Positions 25,501 to 39,914 of a stretch of DNA of 64,000 nt are shown here, piece after piece. This DNA is from Cycas panzhihuaensis (Eukaryota > Plantae > Cycadophyta). A program made the position numbers and the translations under genes. Under the pieces are notes generated by a model, which had not been told where the DNA came from, did no database searches, and was given only the letters and a program-made list of their open reading frames with translations. Where the stretch lies: positions 184,581,741-184,645,740 of the forward strand of contig CM041465.1 of NCBI GenBank assembly GCA_023213395.1, read 5' to 3'. Within the stretch, counting starts at the first letter, position 1; each line of letters begins with the position of its first letter.

Positions 25501-28500
25501 TATAATAACTTTACCCATTGATCCTACCCCTCTAAATACTGAGGAGGCTAATATTCCACTCATTGGCAACGCCATTGATGCTAATACTAGCATTATTGAT
25601 GAGCTTTGTATTACCAACATTGGAGTAACACTTCTCTGAAGAGATCTACTAGATTAAGGAACCTTGCATCAAGGTCTTATATATTTCTATATTAGACCAT
25701 TTTGATATGATGAAAACCTACCTTTGTATAGTTGTATACTATGTCACTTCTCTCTTTGGAATTAAGCCCAAGCACAAGTGCCAACAACCTCTCCCCATTG
25801 TATGTTAGAATAATCCCCCATCTAAAAATAAAGCCTAGGTTGCTTATGATAGGACCTTACAACTACATAACTATAAAGTGGGAGGCATGGTGCTAAAACT
25901 TAAATATTTTCATGAGAAACAATGTAAGTTTACACCCAAGTGGGTAAGTCCTTTCCATATGATTAAGGATGCCAATAATAGAGCTTATTGGATTTTAATG
26001 ATGGATGAGGTAGACTTAACAATCTAGTTAACTCTTGACTCCTCGATCTATACTATGTATAACTTGTCCTCTAGTTTACTCTGCAATGAGCCTAAACTAC
26101 AACATACTTTGAGACAAGTATAAACTATATGTACATTCTTTTTATGGATCTACTTTGTTCTTATTCTTACCCTCACCCTTTGGGTTTTGAGAAAAAGATA
26201 TAAAACAATGAGTAGTGAATTCATTATACGTTTAGAATGAGGGGCATTACTCTAAGAAACTGATGAAAGGTTAGGTCAATGGTTTCCTTGATGACTATAT
26301 AACTGATGGACCTTGATCACTATTTTGTCCTAGAATATTTCCCTTGTTAATAAATCCTTGAAACTTTTTGACAAGGGATTTGATCCCTATGAAGCATCAT
26401 TTAGTTGAGCATTGTTTGAGAATGTATAATTATGACACTCTCTTACTTGACACTCCTTAGATATAAATAAATGAAATATTATCAATTATTTTGAATTGGA
26501 GGTTCATAGGATCTAAGGGTCTCATGCTAGATTGTGTGTTATCTCTTATGAATGATCACTTAGGTGTCATTAGTGATAGTTAACTCTCAAACTAGGAAGA
26601 ATGATCCTTGCAACTTGTCATGTTAATTTGCCTTGCTCTAAGATATATTACCTTTATTCCTTATCATCCCTCATCTCCTCTTGAAACTCCATTCCTTATC
26701 TTAATGTCTTATACATATTTCCTATAAGTTCTTTTCTTATTAGTCTCTTATCAAATGGGGGATAAATGGGGGAAATAAGGTTAAATTTATTTATATATTT
26801 ATTATAAAACATATATAAAAAATAAGATCTATATATGTATATCATCAAAAGACTATGTGTAAAAAACATGGTGTAGTCTTGACCTCCATAAATGTTCATA
26901 AGGCTTTAAAGAGCTACAATAGTCACTCCCAACACTCATGGAGTGGATTTAAACATTCTCCAATCACCCCTTTACTTTAGCACTTCTCAAGGTTTCACAT
27001 CATATGTGCCCTACAATGGACCAACTCCATCCCCACTACCCTTGTCACTTTGTGTACCTACCTCAGAAGCTATCAAAGGAAGAGGTCAACCTATTTATAA
27101 TATATCATACTCTTTATAACTACTCAATCCTCCTCCAAAATGATGTTCATGTCCCTCATATCTACTACTTTCTTCTCAAGATCTCTCACTTAAGTGTCTA
27201 GTGGATAGAGAATCTCATGTACTCTATAAGTGACTGTTAAGTAGGATCTATCCTTTTCGTGAAGAATAACCACTTCTAGACTTCATAATAGAGGCTTACC
27301 TAGTCGTTGAGTAATGGAGAGGATCACATCCAAGCTCTAGTGTATGGCTATGTGGCTTACCATGTTCTCCCCTTCACAAAAATTAGATTTGGTTAGTCTT
27401 ACATCCTACTAAAGAATGACCAATTATATTTTCAATCAAAGAAAAATGAAAGGTTTAGAGATTATTTACCTATTATGTAGCCTCCTCATTGACCTATGAT
27501 GCTAGCTTCTCCTTTTCCAATTAGTGGTGCAACTAGGGATTGATTGCCCTAACCCTAGCCCTATCTATCACCTCCACCCTGTGGGGGGCTCCCTTTATCA
27601 TGTGGCAAGCTACTTTTAGCACCACCCTATCCTCTTTGGCACCCTCCTCTATTAGTATCCTCTCCATTAGAGGCCCAAGAGATCCTAATATAAGGGTCAA
27701 TAATAAAATCTACTTGCATAATTTTATCCAAGGGTGACACCCCCATATATTTCATTTTACTCTCTCTAAGGCACCTCTATTTAGACCTCGTTGCCCACTA
27801 GTTCATCATTGGCTTATTCTCCTTTAAGTCTCTTGTCACCTCCTTGGGGTAGATGATACTCAAATGATCAAATAACTAGGCCTAAAGGATGTAGTATGAA
27901 AGCTCTCCTTGATCTTGTTGTCTAATGGTTGTCAAATTCTCCTATATATACCTCATAATGAGCCAAGCTTAGTTATACCTTACTCCCCTCTTGTATATCT
28001 TAATCACTGAGACCTATTTACCTAGAATTCTAAAATAATTCTACTAGTTAAAAATGTGAAATGAGATCACTAAGGCCAACACTCTTTGCCCTAAAGGTAT
28101 CCCATCCATGCCTTATATGGTTTGGGGGTCCACTCTATTATGGACCCAACAATATATAAAACCTATTAAATGTGTGTATGCCTAACCTCAAGCCCCATCT
28201 GCTAGCATGGAGGTAGCCTCACCCTCCTCCATTAATTAGAAATACCTAGGATCTTCTTGATATCACTTGGGATAATTCATAAGTCCTCTATACTGTGAAA
28301 TCAAAATACAGTATCCATAGGCAATCAATGGATAATGAGATCCCTAAATAACCTTGTATCTATTGCGAAAGAGCTAGAAAAATATGCCCTCAACACCTTA
28401 GACCTTTGTTTCATGGCTCTGTTACCATTGTTTAGGTCATCTCTAATCTCACAAAGTAGGTGACGATCATCATCTCATAATTTGATATGTTGTGGTCTTT

Positions 28501-28629
28501 GCAAAAATATGAGAGAGTGATTAGTCCTAATAAAAGACATTTATTCTATCTCTTACAATTCCCATTCCATCAAAATTTACCTTTAAAATCTTAAAATTAG
28601 GTTAATAAGCCCTCTTTCTTTCAAAATTT

Positions 28630-28820
28630 TCTAATTTAATAGTGGTGCCCCATCACTTTATAATAGACATCATTAAATTCAAAGTGATCCCATCATTATT
28701 TTAATAATACTACCAAAATTTGTGGCAGTACCACCAAAATTTTCAATGGCATATTAGATAATTTGATGGGGTCCATTGAATTGTGATAGATTGATACCAT
28801 TAAAACATAAAAAAATAATT
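28630..28820 (+). repeat. Degenerate ~21-bp-period minisatellite, related copy at ~31515-31760
   Basis: Recurring TACCACCAAAATTT(T/G)ATGG/TAG units. Both copies start AATTTAATAGT..CCCCATCAC. Confidence 0.5.
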
Positions 28821-29873
28821 TAAAAACTCAATTAAAATTATTCTAAGAGTTTTCAATGATTAGAATTCATCTTGCAGTCCCATTAAGTATTACCATACTC
28901 TTGATTTAGAAGGAATTGTGACTTTGCTCTCTATTTGACTATTTTGGATGGATTTTGATGTTGAACCCCCCTTTAAAAGCCTATTCTATTTTCACTTAAA
29001 GAAAAAAAACCTATTAAAACTCACCAGATATACTTCCTATGGATCCATAGCCAATCTTGCTCCCTACTGTAACTCATGGCCTACCAAATGGATCCCTTGT
29101 CTTCTTACTTCTGTCATGGGCACTTTTTGTTTGTAAAATGGTTTGGTAAATATGAATAGATTTTCATCCCTTTTTATAACTTTTTTCACTTTTTTTTTTC
29201 ACTCTATTTCTTTTGGATAATCTTAGTTTTGCTTGTGTTTTGTGGCTTTTATGGGTTTTAGTACTTGTTTATTTTAGTTCAATGATTTAATGTAGTTTTT
29301 TAAGGTTCACATACTTTTTCTTATAATCCCCCTTTTTCCTTTAAAAAAATAACTACCCTATCTTGCTTAATATCATATGAATTTATCTTTTACCTTTTCA
29401 ATTTAATTCTATCTAGATTATCATCATTCTATAACCCATTCCACTCTTATTTATGGTAGTTATTAAGGATTAACTCCATAATTACCTCACTTTTTAGTTA
29501 TATTTTAATTACTTAGTTGGGGCATGTTTTGAACCCTAGTTTCTTTTTACATTCTAATCATCTTTGTACCCCTATTTATATTATTATCTTATCATCGATC
29601 ACACTCGTGCCTTATTTACTCAAGGACCATTAGCTCCAAAATTCCTTCACATATCTCTAAGTTAATAGGGAGATTATATGATCCATCCACTCCATCAAAA
29701 TACCTAAGAAAATAAGGTATTCACTTTAGAGCATCCCATTTTCTAATAACTACCACCATAGACTACCACCTTGGAATATAGGGTAGGTTGCATGATGATT
29801 TTATCCCCACTTACCACTTGGTAATTTGGGTCCAGGTCGATTAGGTTATTTAGTGACATCAAATCTTAGTTAT

Positions 29874-30571
29874 TATTGAGAAAACTTGATCTAACTAACC
29901 AAAACCAACCACCAAGATTTAACTATTTTGCAACAATAACAAGGATTTGAAACTATAATAAATGCAAGTATCAAAAACCAAAGATTATTCAACATACATA
30001 AGAAAGCATACACATTACCTAATACATATATTTTAATGTGGTAAAACCCTAGCAGAGTGCTAGGGAAACACCCACACAGGAAAGGTATTGATCTTTATTA
30101 GTTAGGAATGAAAGATTGTACATGTAGTCTCTACATAATTTCCATAGCAACAACAACTAATAACTACCCCTTCACAATGTAGTGTAATATAATATAATAT
30201 AATACAATTACCCTAAAAGTGAGTTACAAGGAAGGCACATCAATTATAGCCATCAGATCTAGGTCTTTTTGATGAATGGCCTAGATTCCATTTGTGGGGG
30301 TTTGAGGGGGGGGGGGGGGGGGGGGGTGGTTCCACTCTCCCCCCCCCTCTCCTCTCAGCCAAGGGGGGCTGATGCTCCCCTTGGATCCCCCCAAGGAAGA
30401 TTGGTGGGGAAACCGTACTGATAAAGCTCCAAAAAAAATTAAAGCCTTCCCATAATTATTGTCACATATTTAACGATTATGGATCATCAATATTCTATAA
30501 TGATTGAATCCTACTTAATACTATAATACATATTCAAATATAAAGTAAGAAAGTAAAGTAAAGTGTTAACA
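29874..30571 (-). repeat. Probable solo LTR (Copia-type)
   Basis: T(A/G)TTGAG...GTTAACA ends. Carries the GTGGTAAAACCCT...GGGAAACACCCAC motif seen in the 46163 and 54434 LTRs. No TSD found. Confidence 0.45.
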
Positions 30572-32617
30572 TATCCTTTGATAAAAACATCTTAATATTT
30601 GGGATAGGTCATGTGATGGTCTCATTGTCATGTACTATTTGGTATTTTAGATCTAAATTATTCATACCCTTTAGGACTTTTATATTTGATACTATTTTAG
30701 CCCACTATGGCTCTAATATAGAGCAAAACCTATTGTGGCTACTATCTTTGACCCCTATACCACCTATAAATACCCTTTTTTTTTTGGTCCCTTCTGAACA
30801 TCTTTCTTACCCTCCTCCATATATCAAGCAGTCCCTTGGTCAAAATTTCATGAGTCATGATTATATTCATGGTATTTTTATTAACACAAATGCGAGAAGT
30901 CAAGGAAACCCTAGACCTTCTACTACTGCCTAGGTTATTAACTCTTTCCAGTGAAGTTATTGTAAGTGTAAGACTTTTCCTCCATCTTGCTATAAACAAC
31001 CTCACTGAGTGTACTATTATTATGGGTGCCTTTTAGGATGCATCTCATGCCTAACTCTCTCACATTATCCTTTATATAAATTTTCTCTTAGTTTTCAATT
31101 AATTAATTAGCATATGTCAAACCCTTAGCCCCTAGCTTCACATATTTGCTAACTCAGATAGGTCCCTCTTAACATCGTTCACTCACGTTCAAATTTTCTA
31201 GGTTCTTAGAGCCTAAAATATTGAAGTTGATAGTATTATTTATGGAATCCTCACCTAATGCTTATAGTTGTTATTCATTAACAAATTTTAGTTTATTATA
31301 GCACTTTAATCACTAAGATTTAATTGCCAAAGGGAAAAATATTTTCTCAAAATTTAGCTTCCTTAGTCGTTACGTATTATTTCTTATTCATTTTATAATT
31401 CTACTTCGTATAATTAGCCCCCCTCATTTACTATCTCTTGGATTTATGTCTGACAGTTTTTTGGATTTTGTCAACTTAATTTAGCTTGAAATATTTGCCT
31501 AACTACTTTTTAAAATTTAATAGTATCACCCCATCACATTTACATTAACCCCTCCAAATGTTTAATAGTATCTTACCCCATCTAGGTAGGCACTACAAAA
31601 AAATTGATAATGTGCAATATACCACCATTATTTATGGTGATATCACTAAAATTTATGGTAGTACTACCAAAATTTTTGATAGTACTATCAAATTGGTGAT
31701 GTTGGCCTTGTAAATTTAATAATATCCCCTTGATTTTGATAGTATCAATTGTTACACTCTTGAAATAGAAAAAAACTTTATTTCGCATTTTGTTTGATCT
31801 TTTCCATTAGACTAAACATAACATTGAGGTACTATGTGTATAATACAAGTGATTTCTTACCAAAACTATGCTCTAAGGAGACCTATTTAATCTTATTAGC
31901 TTATTTGGTATTGGACTTTTGGATTTTTAGCACTCTTAGACTATTGGATTTTTAACACTCTTGGATTCTTAGACTTTGAGATCTTTTGCTTCTCCTTTGG
32001 TTGTCCTTTTATTTTGAACTCTTTCTTGTGAGATTATATTATTATGTGCACTTATTTTATAGGTATTGGATGCTTATTATAATGCTTATTAAAAAGTTGT
32101 AATGATTCTCTCTTGTTTATAAAGCAAAACAACTAGTTGGAAGTGTATTTGATGAAATCCTTTGGTATCCCATTGCTTAGGGATTTCTCCTCTTCATCTT
32201 AGCTTATTGAAATCATAATTTTCTACATGCTTACTCTCTATTTTTTAATAGAAATTAGTTGTTCTTAATCACCATTATTGACCACCTTCATTTGATTTTA
32301 AAAATAAATTAGCAATAACTTTATTTCCTTCTTATTTGAGGAACAAGATTTGCCATTAATTTGTTTCCTTTATGTTGCCTACTTAAGTGAAAATTGTTAT
32401 AGCTAATCTTGCATAGATTTGCTTATAGTTTTATTCATTAATAGTGTGTATTTCATTCGTTAACTTAGAGTTTTCCAATTGTTGCTTGTTAGAATTTATA
32501 GTTGGCCTACTAATTAGTGGATCTTCCCTTGATTATGGTATTATTAGGAATAGTTTCCCTTTGCTTGCTCTTAATTGGCTTGATTGCCTACTCTTTGCTT
32601 TAGATCTACTCTTGGAT

Positions 32618-32935
32618 GCTAGTATTACAAGTGGATTATTTAGACTTCAAAGTATGATTTTAAGGTGGTCACCACTTTCATATGTAAATATAATTAGCAT
32701 GCAATATTTTTCTTTTTGTTTCTAATTTCCTTTAAGGTTTATATTTTCTATTTAATGCTTTGATATTTTTAAGTTATATTCTCCTTATAAGATTTACATT
32801 TTGATTTTTTGTAGCAAAAAGGATTTATCTAACATTCTCTTTATGTAACCTTGCCTTGATTTATGGTTGTGTTTCTAAATTTTCTTACTTTTTAAGGTAC
32901 TTTTTCTTGAAACTTTAAAAATAAGATATCCTTTA
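32618..32935 (+). repeat. Dispersed direct repeat, copy 2 (copy 1 at 16121-16440)
   Basis: Sequence similarity to 16121-16440. Confidence 0.8.
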
Positions 32936-32958
32936 ATATGAAAATAAGAAAAGTAATA

Positions 32959-33339
32959 TGTTAAATTTTATAAAATGGCTTATGTAAAAGTATGTAATCA
33001 AATAGAATATAAATGTAATCACATAATCAATCAAAAATATAATGAATAATAAATGAATAATGATAAGGGCAAAGAGTCAATTATATAAACATAAGAAAGA
33101 ATAGTAAAAGAATTATCATGGTGAGTCATCATAGCCTTAGAAGGAGGACTGGGTGATCTTATTTTCTTTATAATATACATTACCCTTATAGAGATGTGTA
33201 ACATTATTATTATCTAATCACATTTCACTATTATATCAACCTATCAGATCATATGTGAGAGAACATTTCACATCAACTTATAATTACTAGACCACTAATT
33301 AAACATTATATTAATAACTATGAAATTTAATTTTCAACA
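32959..33339 (-). repeat. Probable degenerate Copia-type 3' LTR
   Basis: TGTTAAA...TTCAACA followed by CTCTTGCTTAATG, the same PPT-complement context as the other Copias here. No partner LTR identified. Confidence 0.4.
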
Positions 33340-36300
33340 CTCTTGCTTAATGTTTAAATTATAGGATTCTTTAAATATCTTCATCTTCATCTTATTGAAA
33401 CTTCGTGTTGGATCACTAGCTTATTTTCATCCTTATGCTACTTATATCACCTATAAGCACTAATAATAATAAAACCCATATTTACCATACTTATATCATA
33501 TAAGTAAATTAGACCTCATGGCACAGAAATTAAATCACACCACCATATGTAAACTAATATTCAAATAAATATGATTTTCAACTCATCATGACATATGAAG
33601 CATCTCCTTAATAACTTCATATCTTCCATCCATAATATGGATTATAGATACTCCTATATTTGTAATCATACCCAAAGAATTAGACTCCATCACACCACTT
33701 AAAAGTATAAGAGAGTAAGAACCTACAAGAAGAGAGTACAAACAAACACCCAAAATGTAGTTGCTAAAAACTAATGAAACCTTGATTTTAATTGATTCCA
33801 GAAAGGTGATTGAGATACATCTATTGAGAATCAACCTATCTCCTTAATGACAACTCCACATAGTAAGCACTATTAAAACGATAATGGATATTGTAGGACT
33901 TAAACGAGGGTAAGTTACACATAAGATATAGGAAATGTTAAAAAAATAGATTATTCCCTAAAGGATATTAAGATACCTATCATAGATGAAATGGTTACTA
34001 ATGATAGAATCATCAAATGACAAATAATTCCTTTTTCATAGGATGAATATCTAACACAATCTCTAAGCTTTATTATGGAGGAAATTGGTCCTAAACTCAA
34101 AATAGGTTAGGGAGAAGAGATGGCACCTTCAATTGGTCTAGAGGGTGAGATTAAAACAAGTTCATGGATAATAAAATAAATTAGGAATATAAAATTATAT
34201 CTGACTCCCAACCCATTCATAACTTTTGATGAAGAAGGTAAGGCTAGATTTTATCACTGGGATAATAAAGAGAGAATCATTAAGAAAATAATGTTGAAAA
34301 AAAAGGTGGTCACTAAACTCTCCACTTAGTCTACTCATAATAAAACTACACTTAAGTCTTTAGATTTATACATGGCCACTAACCAGGTGGTAAAAGATGA
34401 AGTAGTGGAACTTCATCTTTAGTTATAATAGTTGATGATAGAAAACACCATGATCCATTGAGAAAAAATGGCACTAATACAAGGAGTAGACTAGATGAAG
34501 AACACCTGACAAGATGCTCTAATAGATACCAATGAGGATTAGATAAATGTCAAAACTAAGAATTGGGTTAGTGGGATTACAATGGCTAAGAGGTCATTAA
34601 AACTAAATATTTTATACATAGAAAGGATTTTTACAGAGGAAAATCTTTTAAGACCTAATTCCTAAAATTTCTTCCAGTGAATGGCATTCTTATATAATAG
34701 AATAGGGGTTCCAAAAACTCTAATAAACAAGCTTCAAAACACTTATGCCATAGATTTATAGCCTAAAGGTGATTTTTCCAAACTCTAAAACAAAATAACT
34801 TTAGGAATGACTCAAAGAAAACCATGGCATATAAATTTTATTCCGAAAAGAAAACATATGATAGAGTTTGGGTTGGATAACTATAAGAAAATCACCCTTA
34901 TACTAGAGGGTCTTAAAAGGATTTTGAATGATATTTCTTTAAAATTCTTTTCTTACGTTTAATTTATTAATGCCTCTATATTGAAATGGGGATCTGTAAT
35001 GGAAAAAAATGAGTTTCATAAATTAGGAAATAGAGAAATAAAAAGAAGAAGGTAATAGTTTGACACTAGAATAATAGAAGAAACTAAATAATAGATCAAT
35101 TTAGTATAGTAAATTTCTCTTAGAAATTTAATGGAATCCCAAGAATATAAATTGGAGGAGGTTAGAGAAAAGTTGTACAAAAAGGAGGGTCACTTGGAAC
35201 TCTAGAACCTATAGACTCTACAAGTAATGTATTCATAGTTCAAATCGAATATTAGTGAAACTTCTTTAACCATCAAATAGTAGAATTAAATACTATCATT
35301 CCTTTATGTTGATAGCCAACTATTCTATCCACTATCCTAGTTGATTTGCTATAATGACTCCATAAAGCTCATGACCCCAATAATCATTATACTATCTATG
35401 CAAATGACAAGATTACTCTATGTATAATAGTTAGAAAATAATCATTATTGCAGACCTTATTAATATAGATTGGCAGATAAAGGGAAAGGGGAGAAATCTT
35501 TGAATCTTTATTCTTGTTTTTCTTTTTCTTTTTTAAGAAAATCTTTTTAATACAAGTCCATTTTTTTTGCTATTAGAGTTCTTATATTATAAAAGAAGGG
35601 TTTTTAGAGGGAAGAGATAAAATGCTATAAAGGTGTTTTCATAGACTAAAGTTTGAGGAAGTGCTAATCAGCATATTGTTTCAAATGCTAAACACCATTA
35701 TTAAGCACATTACTACTATAGTGTTTTAGCTTGAATAGTAAATTTACATTTTTAATATAGAAAGAAATTATGTTAGAAAGTATTGAGGCACATGATGCAT
35801 TCTCCTTTTATATTTCATTATGATTAAGTTGAATTATAAATATTTTATATAGTAATAGCTTTATTCTTTTGTGGTTTATAACTACCATTAAGGAGGCAAA
35901 TAGTTATAATGATATGAAATAGACAATCTTGATATTGTTAAGATTTATTTATTACTTATTTTTATTTCAAGGTTATTTCCATCATTGAAAAGTATAAGAT
36001 GCATGTTAAGGTTTTTTTAGTTGTACCTTGATTTTATCAGATGGTGGTTTATCTCTCAAGAAATAAGTGGGGTATGATTAATCTTTAACAAATTTTTTAT
36101 TGACAATTTTAAGGACATTACTCTAAAGAATTAGTTGATAGTAATCTTTTTTTCTAATACCCTTATACTAACAATAAACCTGCTTTAGAGTCTTTATCTT
36201 AGAGTAAACCTTGTCACAAGTTTTAGGAAATACTTTTATAAAGACCCCCTCTTTTAAATTTTTTACTCTAGTCATTCTTGAGAGGAATTATAAAATCTAA

Positions 36301-36574
36301 AGAGGGATTTCATTTATCTAAGTAATCTTGTAGGTGTCATTATGTTATGCTACCCCAAACATCTTAGACCTTAAAGCATTATCAATAGATATACCAAACT
36401 GTTACAGTTAATATTTTATAGGGTGAAGTAGTTACAACCAACATACTATGATTTGAATCTACATCAACAAAAGTGGTGATCGTATTATGTAAGGAAAATA
36501 GTCCACAATAATTTGATATCTCATTTCTACAATACCATGGTTATCTATAAAAATAATCATTCTTCAGTATGTAC

Positions 36575-36591
36575 TATACATACATATATAC

Positions 36592-36686
<95 letters not shown>
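36575..36686. repeat. (TACA)n/(TA)n microsatellite
   Basis: Direct reading; about 40 TA units. Confidence 0.98.
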
Positions 36687-36690
<4 letters not shown>

Positions 36691-39600
36691 TTTCCTTATC
36701 CTCATCTTTTCTTTCACTCCTATTTTTTGACATGATTTAAAGGATAGAACACCATCCTAAGAGGTCTTTAACTCAATATCAAATGAAAAGTGGCTTTGAG
36801 AATACTTCACTATTATTTTTTATATTAAGGAACAATGCCATTAATCTTAAGCAACTAGTTAAAAGTATTTAGGATAATATTACTCTAAATTATCAAGGAG
36901 GCTATAACGTAAATAACATCATCACTATGGTAGAAAATCATGGCGATCATAAAGGAAATTTTCAAGAAAGGAGAAATTGGAAATAGGGAATCAAATAAAA
37001 TAAAGAGGAAACATTGCTTTGGATGATAAATGATCCCCTAGATTTGTGAGACAACCTTCATGATGTACCTAATAAAGCATGGGATGTTATCTCAAAGTTC
37101 TATGGAGATAAGTTGATGACTGAAGAGAGACACCTAAAAATAGTTTCCTTAATGAGTAAGAAGCTTAATATCACTCATACCAATATGGCAGTTAGATTGT
37201 TCACTCATTTGCTAGAGGGAAGAGCCTCTGACTAGTTCTAGAGTCTACAACATGGCTTGATCATAAGCTGGACTACTTTGATGGTTGCATTTTCATTGAA
37301 ATATTTTAGTTCAAAAATTAAATTCCACCCTAGTTAGGGATTTATACACTATTAGAAGAGGACCTAGAGAAACCCTCTCCACATTTGTAGAAAGATTTGA
37401 GAAGATAGTCATATCAATTTTAATCATTAAGAAACCTTTAAACCAGTCTCAGTTGAAATGGTTTTTGGAAGGTCTAGACTATGAAACTTGCATGGTCATG
37501 ATGAGAAGATTCCCAAATGGTTGTGATCAAGCCTAAGACATGACTTTGAAGTTTGAAAAAATGATGACTAGATTTAGAAGAATAAATCCCTTAAATAACA
37601 TAATTCCACTAAGAGAAAATTTAAGAAATTCTACCAATCTAGAACCCCCTTCACAAACTCTTTCTAGGAGGATTAATAATGATGTAAAACTTCTTAAGAG
37701 GTAAATGAAAGAGAAGAATCCTTAATCACCTATCATAATATGGCATACTATAATAAATTATCAATACTAGGAACCTACCATGATGGTATACAAAGATATC
37801 CTAAAAGAATCTCCAGAGGAGGAACCTTGCATTTATTTTAAAGACATGACATTGGGATCTTATAAAGAGGAATCTTCATCTTCTTATGATACATTCATAA
37901 CTTCATTTATAGACCTTGAATCTGAGTAAGTGGAAGAACTAAATATGGTCTTCCTTACTAGGGTGAAAAACTTATGACAAGGAGGCCCTTAGAAAGCTCC
38001 CAATTAATGAACAAATCATTATAGGACTACCACTCAGGATAATAGGCCCACCAAGCCTAGAAGAGTAGGTAACATAATGAATTTGGTGCCTTGGACTTAA
38101 TGTTGGAGTGTAATGTCATCACTCAACTCCCTCTTACCTACAAAGATTGTGCACCTTAATTTAGACATGTGATGCTTAACATGTCAAGGTAAGTTGGGTT
38201 AGTTTATTTGAGTTAAGTTACATTATTTTATTATTAATTTGAATTCAGGAGTTGAGGAGTTTCCCTCCTCCCCCAAAACTATTTATATTATGGGGTGTAC
38301 AACCTTGGTGTCTTTAGACACCACCTTCTTTTGAGAGATTTGTAATGCTCATTTCTGCTACAATGGATTGAACAATAATGCTTTCATGTATTTATGCTAT
38401 TGTGATTGTGATACATTGATACATTGATGCAATATTAGTTTATGGTTATTTGATATATGTTCTGCCCTGTTCTCTTGCAAGTATATTTTTTATCATTTGG
38501 TATTAGAGCAGGCGATTACTGATCTGTGAAGATTTGTGCAGATCTACGTAGGATTTTCAGCAGCAAGTTATATACATTCAAATTTTTATTCTCGTATTTG
38601 AGTTATTTTCTCTTTAGATCTATAGATTTATCATATATTTTGACAGTTTACAAGATTTTATCTATTTATTTGATATTTTTCGTAGATTTACAAAAGAGCA
38701 TCAGCTGCATACAAAAGTTATCAAGTTTTCTTCAAAGATTTACAATTTGTTACTTCAGATCTGCTATTTTTTACTATAGATCTACTTATTTCAGTAAGTT
38801 TTTTTCACTATTTTTTGATATATTCATTTAGATCTACATTATTTGGCTATAGATCTGCTATACTTAGGTCAGATCTACAACATTTACATAATATTTTTTG
38901 CAGATCTACTGGGTCTCACTTCAGATCTACAAATTTTCATTATTTGGTGATATTTTCTACAAGATTTTCAATAGATTTATTATATTTTTCAATAGATTCA
39001 CTCATTATTGGGTTATTTTTTATGATATAACGAGTATATTTAGTGTTATTTCATAAGATTTGTGCAGATTCATAAAAGTTTTTTTCAGCTACAAGTATAT
39101 TTCAATCTATAAAAGATAGTAGTCATATACCTGCAACTTTTGAGGCATATTCAGCCTTTTGAAGAAGATATACACAAGATCAAGCCAGCTACAGCTACGT
39201 GTTCCAGGTTCTTTAGTTCCATTTTCAAATTTACACATATTTTATATATCTGCTCAATATATTCCTTTGAAAAAAATTTTAAATACAAATATATAAGCGT
39301 TTTTTATGATATATTCTCTTCAAAATATTTAAAAATTTTATCAATATTGTAACTCTGTTATATGAGTATATTGCTCCATTAAGTTGTTTTACTGTTATTA
39401 TTTGAAGAAATTTCTATAAAATCTCTGTGCATATATAAATAATTACCTTTTTCAATTGATTTTAGAATAGATTTGTCCATATTCATATTCAAAACAAATT
39501 GAAGAATTTCCTGAAATTATAAATTAGCACAATCTTCATTTTTTGTAAGAATACCACATAGAATCTTTCTAGTGATTGGGTGAGTTACTCAGATAAAACC

Positions 39601-39914
39601 CTCTATCATATAGATTCTTTGTCATGCATTAAACTTAATCCCAATCTGCAGTATCCCATAGCAAAAGCACTTTAATCTCTTTGAATGCCCATTTCTATTT
39701 CAGTACATTTAAAAATCTTAGATACAAATATATATTCCTTTTCAACAAAAAACAATAATTTTTTGTACAAATATATGATTTTTTAAATTTTTTCTTCATT
39801 TTGTATCAAGACAGGCACAATGTGCTTTCTTGTTTTAGTAGTTGATTTCATCCTCTTCTCTTGGGAAGTATTCCCACTTGATTGGACATTCTAAACAACA
39901 TTAGAACATCTTCA

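Larger units (their letters stand above)
17485..26100 (+). mobile_element. Old non-chromovirus Gypsy (Tat/Ogre-like) remnant with gag, protease and integrase C-terminus only; LTRs not delimited
   Basis: PBS-like TGGTGACCATACTAGGGA at 17485. CTYHQINVHDHLDC knuckle (~24153-24197). Protease-like RCIIDKGTTTN (~24860-24895). KVGGMVLK...KFTPKWVSPFH GPY/F-type integrase tail (~25870-26060). Confidence 0.55.

Noticed and set aside
26900-28600. Possible degenerate minus-strand coding region
   Set aside because: No continuous frame or diagnostic motif; left unannotated.
33400-36500. Possible LINE or host-gene remnants
   Set aside because: Too decayed; I could not identify any motif with confidence.
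36513-36740. ORF with a YIYIYI run (likewise 59916-60136 and 61226-61411)
   Set aside because: Translation of TA/TACA microsatellites.
38526-39352. Phe/Ile/Tyr-rich ORFs in the leader (also 42074-42403)
   Set aside because: By-products of AT-rich low-complexity sequence and the AGATCT repeats.
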